From contig NC_043002.1 of NCBI RefSeq assembly GCF_006345805.1, positions 107,756,001 to 107,820,000 of the forward strand: a stretch of 64,000 bases of DNA. The letters are read 5' to 3'. Shown here piece after piece: positions 1 through 10,245 of the stretch. Within the stretch, counting starts at the first letter, position 1; every line of letters begins with the position of its first letter. The stretch is from Octopus sinensis. Taxonomy: Eukaryota. The position numbers and the translations under genes were made by a program. The notes beneath the pieces are model-generated. The model made no database searches. It had not been told where the DNA came from and saw only the letters and a program-made list of their open reading frames with translations.

Positions 1-156
1 GACGCCAGGACTTATTTTTTTGTAAGCTTTGTACTTATTCTATCGTTCTCTTTTGCTGAACCGCTAAGTTACGGGGACGCCAACACAACAAAATCGGTTG
101 TCAAGCAATGGTGGGACACACACAGACATACAGACACACATACGCGCACACACACA

Positions 157-187
<31 letters not shown>

Positions 188-376
188 AACCCACGCACAC
201 ACATACACACACACAACCGGCTTCTTTCAGTTTCCGTCTATCAAATCCACTCACAAGGCTTTGGTCGGCCCGAGGTTACAGCAGAATACACTTGACCAAG
301 GTGCAACGCAGTGAGACTGAACCCGGAACCATATGGTTGGGAAGCAAGCTTCTTGCCACACAGAAACTCCTGGGCC
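1..376 (-). mobile_element. tRNA-derived SINE family A, cut by the window edge
   Basis: Reverse complement of the family A head (GGCGCAGGAGTGGCTGTGTGGTAAG...GGTTCAGTCCC, A/B-box-like) and body with an internal (CA)n; more than 20 copies in the window. May correspond to a described octopus SINE family, name not verified. Confidence 0.9.
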
Positions 377-462
377 TACACATACACACACAGCGGTTCT
401 GTAGTCAAAAATATAAACTTCTGCACGTGATAGTCAACTATACAACTTTCTAAACATAATAA

Positions 463-505
<43 letters not shown>

Positions 506-506
<1 letters not shown>

Positions 507-901
507 GTTTGACAAGCTCAGAAAATATAAAGACCTACTCATTGAAATTGAGAAAATGTGGCATCTCAAGGCGGTTACAATACCAGTGATCGTAGGAGCA
601 CTAGGAATGATCAAGAAGGGAACCGAAAATTATATGAGAATGATCCCTGGCTTACCATCCCTGCAAGAAGTGCAAAAGATTGTCTTAACTGGTACATCAC
701 ACGTATTGAGAAGAGCATTGTCGATGTGAGAACTGTTGCTGCTCATGTATTTTAATTTAACTTTAAAAAAAAAAAAAAATGAACGAACTACTGAGTTTGG
801 TTTAATGGCCTACCAATGTATACTATGAGTTTCTTTGCCCTAGGAGTCGGGAAGACACTCGGCAAGAAATGGAAGCAAATTTGAAAGAAGAAGAAAAAAA
901 A
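506..901 (+). mobile_element. 5'-truncated R4/Dong-clade non-LTR retrotransposon: C-terminal restriction-like endonuclease region plus 3' UTR, inside a (TAA)n tract
   Basis: 508-729 reads FDKLRKYKDLLIEIEKMWHLKAVTIPVIVGALGMIKKG...LQEVQKIVLTGTSHVLRRALSM*, matching the KYxDL..E...MW....IPVxVGALG pattern of R4/Dong; (TAA)n at 457-505 and 903-947. Confidence 0.8.
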
Positions 902-949
<48 letters not shown>

Positions 950-1295
950 CGATGATGATAATAATAATAATGATATAAATATGTATGCATGCATGGAATG
1001 TATGTAGATTCGTATTCGTGTATGTCACAAGTATATATGTGTATATGTATGTAAGTATGACAGTATGTGGGTGCATATTTGTATGTTTCTATGTATATTA
1101 TATGTGTATGTATATATTTATTCATGTATGTATATGTGTCTGTTTATAGGTGTATATGCATGTACATATGTCTCTATGTATCTTTGTATACATGTATCAA
1201 TGTATGTACACATGTATATCAATAAATATATGTGTATAGATGTACGTATGTATGAAAATATGTTTGTAGCTATGTCTGCAAGCTTGTATATATAC

Positions 1296-1500
1296 AAAAG
1301 ACGAAGACAGGTGGTGTACAAAACAAACAGATGTATTAGTATAACGCTCAGGAATAGAAAAAAGTCTTTTACGTTTCGAGCCTACGCTCTTCTACAGAAA
1401 GGGACACAGAAAAAAAAAACAAGGAAAGAAACAAGGATAGAAAAAAAAGGAGAGAGAAAAAAACAAGGAGAGAAAAAGTAGAGAAAAAAGGAGAGAAAAA
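1296..1500 (-). mobile_element. PLE-type terminal repeat remnant, family P1, with an atypical minimal hammerhead motif
   Basis: Same sequence at about 39960-40100 (+) and 61960-62120 (-); minus strand reads cttt-CTGTAGA-A-GAG-cgtagg-CTC-GAAA-CG-TA-aaag at 1366-1401. Confidence 0.6.
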
Positions 1501-1503
1501 ATA

Positions 1504-1648
<145 letters not shown>

Positions 1649-1653
1649 TGTAT

Positions 1654-2756
1654 ATATGGTTAATGGAGCCACCTCTATGAACACACAAATAGTGAGCGGT
1701 GTTCCACAGGGCACTATCTTGGGGGCCACTGTTTTTTATAGTGGCCCTCTCAGATATGCCCTCAAATGCCCTATAGCCAGTCTGGCTAGCTATGCAGACG
1801 ATATGAAAATACAGAACTCCAGCGATGTTGCACACCTGCAGCAGGAGTTAGACTCAATCTACAGATGGGCTGAGGATAATAATATGCAGTTTAATGCTGA
1901 AAAATTCCAGGCCCTACGCTACCAGCATCCAAAACTGAATATTAAACTTACAGGATACACCGGTCCACAGGGAATTTCAATCCCAGAGCCTAAGTCTGTG
2001 AGGGACCTGGGTATCGACATGAGTGAGGATATCTCTTTCCAAGTGCACATTACCAGGATGGCGACAAAGTGCAGACGACTGGCTGGCTGGATCCTAAGAA
2101 CATTCAGAACCAGAGATAAGGAAACCATGATGGTCCTCTGGCGGACATTCGTCCTCAGCCGCCTGGATTACTGGTCACAGCTATGGTCACCCACCAGTGT
2201 GAAATTAACAGCGGACCTTGAAGCAATCCAGAGAAGATTCACAAAGAAGATCGTCTCTTTGCAACAGCTCAGCTATTGGGAAAGGTTGAAACAGCTAAGA
2301 CTATACTCACTGGAGAGAAGACAGGAGAGGTATGCAGTAATATATGTCTGGAAGATCCTGGAAGGAATTGTGCCAAATTTTGGCATTGTAAGCTACACCA
2401 ATGCTAGAACGGGACGATACTGCATAGTGCCAAAGATGCCAGCAATGCCATCACGCTTCAGGACCAACTACTGCAACAGCCTGGGTTTCAAGGGCCCACA
2501 GCTTTTTAATATTCTCCCAAAGAGTCTGAGGAACTTGCACAAGGTAGATGTAACGGTTTTTAAATCAAAGTTGGACATCTTCCTGTCGAGAGTCCCAGAT
2601 GAACCTACCTCACGGCAAGAGGTGCAAATGAGAGTAGCTATATCAAACTCCATTCGTCACCAAGTGCCATATATTAGAAGAGGCTCTTCGTAATAACAGT
2701 GTAGCACAAAACGGCGGTGCATCAGCATGGCCGCAGCTCTGAGCTGAAACAAGAAA

Positions 2757-2760
<4 letters not shown>
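1654..2760 (+). mobile_element. 5'-truncated CR1-group LINE: RT domains 4-7, C-terminus and 3' UTR
   Basis: ORF 1656-2693 contains GVPQGTILG, YADD, FNAEKF and SLERRQERY.VIYVWKILEG; the 3' end GGCGGTGC..CAGCATGGCCGCAG..CTGAAAC runs into (TA)n. Confidence 0.92.
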
Positions 2761-2792
<32 letters not shown>

Positions 2793-2844
2793 TATATGTG
2801 CTATATTAAATCTCTGAGCAAGAGGTAAACAGTAACAGTGCGGA

Positions 2845-3130
2845 ATCGTAAAATATATTTACCAACTAAATGTGGCGGTCCTATAGAGGACGATGTTACT
2901 GTTGTTTTTAGCCCCAGGAACACATCTCCTCCAGCTGGCTAACGACACACTGTCTGTGTGTATCACGTAAGGATAGAAATGGGAGCGATGACCTCCCCTC
3001 GCAAATACTAATCGGGCACAGACAGTGTGTTGTTAGCCAGGTGGAGGAGATGTCTTCCTGGGGCTAAAAACAACAGTAACATCGTCCTCTATAGGACCGC
3101 CACATTTAGTTCGCAAATATATTTTACGAT
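2845..3130. mobile_element. Fold-back or MITE-like element, 114-bp inverted arms
   Basis: 2845-2958 is the near-perfect reverse complement of 3017-3130, with a 58-bp spacer. Confidence 0.8.
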
Positions 3131-3197
3131 ATATATGTATATGTATATATGTGTGTGTGTATGTGTGTATGTGTATATCTATCTATCTATCTATCTC

Positions 3198-3230
<33 letters not shown>

Positions 3231-3464
3231 GTATGTATATATTTATGTGCATATATGTATGCATAAAGTATATATATTTTCGTATATTTATTGGTGCATA
3301 CATTTTGATGTGTCTCCCAAAATCTGCAGTGTTATGCACGTTTGCTTCCGTGCGTGAGCATATATGGTCTTATGGTAAATTAGGCTTCATATATACCTAT
3401 ATATAAATATATACGTGTAACGTATACATACATACGTACATACATACACACATACATACATACA

Positions 3465-3495
<31 letters not shown>

Positions 3496-3945
3496 GTACG
3501 TACATACATACACACACATACATACATACGTACATACATGCATATACACACACATACACACATACATACATACATACATACATATGTACGTACATACATG
3601 CATACACACATTACACGCCTACATACATGCATACATACACACATACATACATACACACATACACACATTACACGCATACATACATGCATACATACACACA
3701 AATACACCCACATACATACACATACACGCATCCATCCATCCATCCATCCATCTATCCATACATGCATACATACATGCATGCATGCATACATACATACATA
3801 CCTACATACGTACATACATGTATTCCTACATACATACGTACGTACATACATACACACACATACACACACAGATACATACATACATACATACATAGATACA
3901 TACATACATACATACATACATACATACATACATACATACATGTTG
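3130..3945. repeat. Compound (TA)n/(TATG)n/(CATA)n microsatellite
   Basis: Read directly from the sequence. Confidence 0.95.
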
Positions 3946-4468
3946 GTTTGAGTAATTGGGTCTCTTTTCAGTTTTATATAATTTTTTCTGTACTCTTAAA
4001 CAAGCATCGAGTTCTTTACGTTCATTCTTGTTTGTACTCCAGTGCAAAGTGTGTGTGTGAAAGACAGAGAGAGAGAGAGAGGGGCGGGGAACAGAGAGCC
4101 TATACATACATTTACGTAAAAAAATCAGAGACAGACAGACACAGAGAGAGGGAGGTGTGTGAGTGAATTAATGTGGAAACGCGTAAATGTTATCATCCAT
4201 TAGTGTCTCTTTCCTGCGCACACTTCGTCCTCGCCGTTGCCATCAACAGAAACTGTTCGGCAAATATATTGATGAACCGCCAACAATGGACCAAAGCAAT
4301 TAGTCGAAAAGAAAAAAAAGATAGAAAAATATACCAATAAATAAACAAATGAATTAAATAAATTATAAAGCAAATGAATAATCAATATTACCAGAGATTT
4401 AAACTTTCCAATGTTTTGATGAGAGATGACTTTTAATTTTGATTGATCTGTTATTGTGGTAGTGATTT

Positions 4469-5060
4469 GGGGTGATCTGGCAGAAACGTTAGCACGCCGG
4501 GCGAAATGCTTAGCGGTATTTAGTCTGCCGCTACGTTCTGAGTTCAAATTCTGCCGAGGTCGACTTTGCCTTTCATCCTTTCGAGGTCGATTAAATAAGT
4601 ACCAGTTACGCACTGGAGTCGATGTAATCGACTTAATCCGTTTGTCTCTCCTTGTTTGTCCTCTCTGTGTTTAGCCCCTTGTGGGCAGGAAAGAAATAGG
4701 TATTTAATCTGCCGCTACGTTCTGAGTTCAAATTCCGCCGAGGTCGACTTTGCCTTTCATCGTTTCGGGGTCGATTAAATAAGTACCAGTTACGCACTGG
4801 GGTTGACGTAATCGACTTAATCCGTTTGTCTCTCCTTGTTTTCTCTGTGTTTAGCCCCTTGTGCGTAGTAAAGAAATAGTATTAATCTGCCGCTACGTTC
4901 TGAGTTCAAATTCCGCGAGGTCGACTTTGCCTTTCATCCTTTCGGGAATCGATTAAATAAGTACCAGTTACGCACTGGGGTCGATGTAATCGACTTAATC
5001 CGTTTGTCTGTCCTTGTTTGTCCCCTCTGTGTGTAGCCCTTGTGAGTAGTAAAGAATAGG
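4469..5060 (+). mobile_element. SINE family B (tail type B1), head-to-tail multimer of at least 3 units running into the gap
   Basis: Head CTGGCAGAAACGTTAGCACGCCGGGCGAAATGC, B-box GAGTTCAAATTCC, then about 175-bp units rejoined at AAGAAATAG(G)TATT. Confidence 0.9.
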
Positions 5061-5160
5061 NNNNNNNNNNNNNNNNNNNNNNNNNNNNNNNNNNNNNNNN
5101 NNNNNNNNNNNNNNNNNNNNNNNNNNNNNNNNNNNNNNNNNNNNNNNNNNNNNNNNNNNN
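5061..5160. other. Assembly gap (100 N)
   Basis: Run of n. Confidence 1.
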
Positions 5161-5210
5161 ATATATATAACATATATATTACTTACATACATGTGTGTGT
5201 GTGTGTGTAC

Positions 5211-5460
5211 TTCTTTTATTCTTTTATTTTGTTTCAGTCATTTGGCTGCGGCCATGCTGGAGCACCACCTTTAGTCGAGCAAATTGACCCCAGGACTTAT
5301 TCTTTGTAAGGCTAGTACTTATTCAATCGGTTTCTCTTGCTAAGTGACGGGGACGTAAACACACCAGCATCGGTTGTTAAGCGATGTTGGTGGACAAGCA
5401 CAGACACACAAACATATACATATATGTGTTGTGTGTGTGTGTGTGTGTGTGTATGTGTTG

Positions 5461-5465
<5 letters not shown>
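5211..5465 (-). mobile_element. SINE A, 3' half (5' half at 6561-6699)
   Basis: Family A tail and body up to the internal microsatellite; the remainder resumes after about 1.05 kb of inserted sequence. Confidence 0.85.
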
Positions 5466-5505
<40 letters not shown>

Positions 5506-5508
<3 letters not shown>

Positions 5509-6525
5509 CATTATATAAAAGGCTTAGTAAAATAAATTACTTTGCCGCATACTGAACTCATTAGAAATAGCAGCCAAAAAAAACTTTTTTAAAACTATTT
5601 CTAATACTTAAGAAAACTCTCTCATATAGTGTTTGCTCAATTCAACTCACGCAAATATAGGGGTAGAGACATTAAAAAATCAAGTGCAAAGGTTATTTGC
5701 GAACGTAGTTTCAAGATTAGTCAACACGACATTTCTATCATCAGCTCAGAACTCCCTGGTTGGATTTGAAAACACTGAAAGTGGGAGCATACCCTTTCGG
5801 CTTCCTCTCGCTTCTGAAGATCTGCTCGTAACTAACAGTGCCAACAAACCCAAAAATGCAAGCGAAGAATTTCTGCTCTCCCCTTTCCACCAGCGTGGGT
5901 TAAAATCAGCAAACACTATGCTTTTTTCGGTAAAGTCCGCGGCATTATATAGAGAGAGATGAATTATAATTTCAACAATTGAGGGTAAAATATACACTTC
6001 TCCCATCATCAAAGACCTCCGGTGGTATTTAGACCTTGCGAAGATGATGAGGTCAAATAAAATCGGGGCATATTCCAAGTTGTCACCGTCATACAGAAGA
6101 TCAGTTTTTTTTTTTTGCAATGTATTACCCACTTTATTAACTTTAATTAATTAAAATTATGCTCCCACTTTCAGTGTTTTCAAATCCAAACCAGGAGTTC
6201 TGAGCTGATGATAGAAATGTCGTATTGACTAATCTTGAAACGCGTTCTCAAATACCTTTGCACTTGATTTTTTAATGTCCTCTACCCCCATATTTGCGTG
6301 AGTTGAATTGAGCAAACACTATATGAGAGAGGTTTTCTTAAGTATTAGAAATAGTTTAAAAAAGTTTTTTTTGGCTGCTATTTCTAATGAGTTCAGTATG
6401 CGGCAAAGTAATTTATTTTACTAAGCCTTTTATATATGTAATAATTGGAATTCGCCCTTAAATGGTCCCTTTGCATACTGAATACTTGGTGAAATTGATT
6501 AATTAATTAATTTTACCCTCAATTG

Positions 6526-6530
<5 letters not shown>
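5506..6530. mobile_element. PLE-like insertion with 285-bp inverted repeats, each carrying a hammerhead motif (family P2)
   Basis: 5506-5790 is the reverse complement of 6159-6442; (TA)n on both flanks; located inside SINE A. Confidence 0.65.
6201..6250 (+). ncRNA. Candidate type I hammerhead ribozyme (minimal, palindromic stem III)
   Basis: TGAG-CTGATGA-T-AGA.aat.GTC-gtatt-GAC.taa.TCT-T-GAAA-CGCG-TT/CTCA: stem I TGAG:CTCA, stem III ACGCGT, GUU site. A decayed inverted copy lies at about 5696-5746. Confidence 0.6.
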
Positions 6531-6560
<30 letters not shown>

Positions 6561-6564
<4 letters not shown>

Positions 6565-6699
6565 CGACGGGCTTCTTTCAGTTTCCATCTACCAAATCCA
6601 CTCACAAGGCTTTGGTCGGCCCGAGGCTATAGTAGAAGACACTTGCCCAAGGTGCCACGCAGTGGGACTGAACCGGAACCACACAGCTACTCCTGCGCC
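6561..6699 (-). mobile_element. SINE A, 5' half
   Basis: Ends at ...ACTCCTGCGCC, the reverse complement of the head. Confidence 0.88.
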
Positions 6700-7120
6700 T
6701 ATATATATATATCCACAAAAAGAAATTTTTTTTACGAGCGCCACCTATTGTGAAGCTCTCTGTCTTATCGTTAAAGGTGCGAAGCTGTGTATTAGCAACT
6801 GGTTGATAACTGATGAAGAATTAGGGACTTCTGTCAGTTTTTGAAACATTTATTTTCTAAAGGACTAATTCTCATCAAAATTAGCAGGGGTGACAACCCC
6901 AGAATTTTAATTAATTAAAGTTAATAAAGTGGGTAATGCATTGCAAAAAAAAAAAACTGATCTTCTGTATGACGGTGACAACTTGGAATATGTTCCGATT
7001 TTATTTGACCTCATCATCTTCGCAAGGTCTAAATACCACCGGAGGTCTTTGATGATGGGAGAAGTGTATAAAGGCTTTATAGCTTAAAATAATGACTGAG
7101 ACGGTGGGTTATGGATAACC

Positions 7121-7358
7121 AGGGTCTCCTGTTGCATGGAAACTCAACAGTAAAGTGAAAGTTAGCTTAATTAATGTCGAGGGCCAATAAATTTTGTGAT
7201 TAACTGATGAGGATATTAATTTCCTAAATGATTAACTCAAGTTTAGACTGGCAGATGAGACAATTCCTTAATTTTAATTAACACAAATTCCTTGGTTTAC
7301 TACATTTTGTATGTTGGCACCCACTTCACTGTTAAGTTTACCTGCAGCAGGTGTCCCT
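7121..7358. mobile_element. Old MITE-like element with diverged terminal inverted repeats of about 37 bp
   Basis: agggtctcctgttgcatggaaactcaacagtaaagtg compared with the reverse complement of cacttcactgttaagtttacctgcagcaggtgtccct. Confidence 0.45.
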
Positions 7359-7569
7359 TTGTATTTTTCCCAAGCCAACGCAGTAATCATCAATGTCGCT
7401 GCTCGAACCGCTGGTAGAAACAGTAGCTAAAATTCCTTCAAACTACACCCCACCCAGAGGCACACTAAGCTTTAAAAAGTTGGGATGACTATGATAGGAA
7501 TGTCTTTAATTTTAGTTTTGTTCGTCTAGCGTTGACATAGGGGAAAAGCACTTTATGTAGAAACGAGAC

Positions 7570-7765
7570 AAGAAGGGACCCTTTGGGTATTTCTTGACCA
7601 ACCTGCTAGAAATATCAGTCAAACCGCACTTTGTAGTCTTAAACAAAGAAGGACACAGCGGATAATGTAACTTTAAAGTCTAAAAACAGACGTGATAGCC
7701 ACGGTTGGAATAATTTTGGTGCCAGCTTGATTCAATCAAGGTCGACCAGTGAGTTCGATTCCAAT
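7570..7765 (+). repeat. Old unclassified interspersed repeat (family F)
   Basis: Shares GACCCTTTG and (AC)CTGCTAGAAATA..CCAAA segments with 32800-32910 and 51965-52165. Confidence 0.45.
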
Positions 7766-7899
7766 GAGAAGAAAAGAGATATCATGTTGGTCCTCGTTAG
7801 TTTCTCACATGATCCTACCTAAAATTCCCAAGAGATGACACTCCAACACCACCTCCATCACCACCATCACCACCATCACCACCACCATCATCATTCCAT

Positions 7900-8530
7900 G
7901 GTTCGGTCGATGGTGGACAAACGACCTTCGTTCCTGCAGTCACGCACGCCATTTTTTTCACACACCGCTGCCAGATCCTTTCCGCGTCACTTCAGTTCGA
8001 TGTCAGCACGCAGCGACGGCGGCTATTGTTTCACTCGTAACGTGTGTGTGTGTGTGAGGAGTTGTGTGCAACTAAACTATAATGTAAATGGAGCCGTCGT
8101 CGTATGTCATGGGTCCTTGGCAATCGGGAGGAGAAGGAGGAGAAAAGGACGAAGCGCAAGGGCGGTTTTGCTTACTAGATAAATGCTGTGTCACGGACAT
8201 GTGTGCGTGCATGCGTGTTTGTGTGTGAGGGGGAGAGAAAGAGGGGGAAGAGAGACGGTATTAGGATGGTGGTGGCGGAGAGGAAAGACAAATGATGATG
8301 GTGGTGGTGGTGGTGGTGGTGGTAGTAGACAGAGGGTGAAACTAGAACTAGCAACGTGTCATAAACACACCACTTTGAGCAGATTTTTTATATCAGATTT
8401 CTGTATAAAAGACAAAACGGTCGAGAAACGAGGCAAGGTGCAAATATTTTGGCTCGGGGTGGCGTGTGGCCAACTCATTCCTGACGGTCATAAATGGAAT
8501 GCACAGAGCCTTTCGTGTGGGTCCGTACAT
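7900..8530. promoter_or_regulatory. CpG-rich unique segment, possible promoter or enhancer
   Basis: Non-repetitive and CpG-retaining; contains CGCCATTTT (YY1-like), GCGTCACTTC and two GTCATAAA (Cdx/posterior-Hox-like) motifs. Motif matches only. Confidence 0.25.
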
Positions 8531-8569
8531 ACATGCGCGCGTGTGTGCGTGTGTGCGTATATATATATA

Positions 8570-9310
8570 CGTACGTGCGTACATACATACATACATACGT
8601 ACATACGTACGTACATACATATATACATATATTCATACATACATACGTACGTACGTACATACATACATATACATACATACGTACGTACGTACGTACGTAC
8701 ATACATACATACATACACACATACATACATACGTACGTACGTACATACATACATACACGCACACGCACTTACATACATACATACATACACACATACATAC
8801 ACATACATACATACATACATACATACATACATACATACATACATACGTACGTACATACATATATACATACATACATTCATACATACATACATACATACAT
8901 ACATACATACGTACGTACATACATACATACATACACACATACATACATACATACATACATACATACATACATACATACATACATACATACATACGTACGT
9001 ACGTACATACATATATACATACATACATACATACATACATACACACATACGTACATACGTACGTACGTACATACGTACGTACGTACATACATACATACAT
9101 ACACGCACACGCACTTACATACATACATACACACATATGCACATACAAACATACATACTACATACATACATACATACATACATACATAGAAACACACATA
9201 CACACTTACATACAAACATACACACATACACACTTACATACATACATACACACTTACGCACTTATATACATACATACATGCATACATACATACATACATA
9301 CATACATACA

Positions 9311-9341
<31 letters not shown>

Positions 9342-9365
9342 TACGTACATACACACACATACATT
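8570..9365. repeat. About 800-bp (CATA)n/(CGTA)n microsatellite
   Basis: Read directly from the sequence. Confidence 0.95.
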
Positions 9366-9371
9366 ACGTAC

Positions 9372-9545
9372 ATGGTGATGAATTCTGAGAGCCATTAAGG
9401 TACGAGCTACATTGTCTTGCGACAGCTGATGCTGCTCTCCGCGCTTCGGGTTCAAGTCTTGCCGAGGCCAACTTTGCTTTAATCTTTCAAGGGATTGATA
9501 AATAAAGTACCAATCCTGAACTGGGTCGATTCTTATCTGCTTGCC
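9372..9545 (+). mobile_element. Old SINE B-like copy
   Basis: GGGTTCAAGTCTTGCCGAGGCCAACTTTGC...GATAAATAAAGTACCA resembles the family B core. Confidence 0.55.
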
Positions 9546-9706
9546 TGTCTGTCTGTGTGTTGCTCTTCTGGAATAAATCAGTTGCGGTCATGCCTTGAGA
9601 GGGATCTGCTCTGCCAGTCTACAAATGTCCAAGACAACGCTGCTGCGTGTCACGAAGTCATCTCTGCTACTCCACCAACGAGTTGAAAGCCCTAGAAAAG
9701 AAGGAT

Positions 9707-9750
<44 letters not shown>

Positions 9751-9919
9751 AGCTTAGAGAAGAAGAAGAAACGAAACGAAACCAAACGAATCGAATCGAA
9801 TCGATGCGAAGGCGCTCAGTCATACAATAGTGTAATAAATAAAATATATGCATACATACAAACATATATGTACGTACCTACATCTACATGTATATAGACA
9901 TGCATATATAAATATATAT

Positions 9920-10240
9920 ACGCGTGTACAGGACACCACAAATAGACGTAGAACTCAACGAGAAACGAAAACGTAAAAACAGCATGGAACGGACCATTCC
10001 TTTAACAACGAAAAAACAGAGTACAAGACAACTACACAAGGAAAAATCCCCTTCATCAGCCGTCCCTAGTTCAACTCCAGCGTGTTTCGAAGGTGAGGAC
10101 AGAACACGCCTCGTCGAACTAATCCTTACTGCGAAAGAATTAAATAAAATTCCTTTGCAGAGGGGTAAAAAACAAGGAAAAAAAATGTGACAAAAACAGG
10201 ACGTAAAAAACAATACAATTAAAAACAAATACATATATAT
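9920..10240 (-). mobile_element. PLE-type terminal remnant, family P3, carrying the permuted hammerhead candidate
   Basis: Homologous to 15989-16165 (+) and more distantly to 34150-34258 (+); abuts (TA)n. Confidence 0.6.
10048..10109 (-). ncRNA. Candidate non-circularly permuted hammerhead ribozyme
   Basis: Minus strand: GCGTG-TT/CTGTCCT-ca-CCTTC-GAAA-CACGC-13 nt-GGGACGG-CTGATGA-AGGGG. Both core motifs are present, with a 6-bp stem III and a 7-bp stem I, but the strand order is reversed. Confidence 0.5.
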
Positions 10241-10245
10241 AAGAC

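Noticed and set aside
1656-2693. 345-aa RT ORF as a functional or domesticated gene
   Set aside because: It is 5'-truncated at a microsatellite, lacks RT domains 1-3 and the endonuclease, and contains compensating frameshifts.
4469-5060. CRISPR-like repeat array
   Set aside because: The units are whole SINE segments with no unique spacers, in a eukaryotic context with no cas genes.
6806-7235. CTGATGA motifs at about 6810 and 7204 as hammerheads
   Set aside because: The first has no GAAA adjacent to a stem II; the second has TAAA for GAAA and no valid stem III or cleavage triplet.
8183-9398. Long ORFs of 200-400 aa (HTYI/MYVC repeats), also at 3387-4166 and elsewhere
   Set aside because: They are translations of (CATA)n and (CA)n microsatellites, which lack stop codons in several frames.
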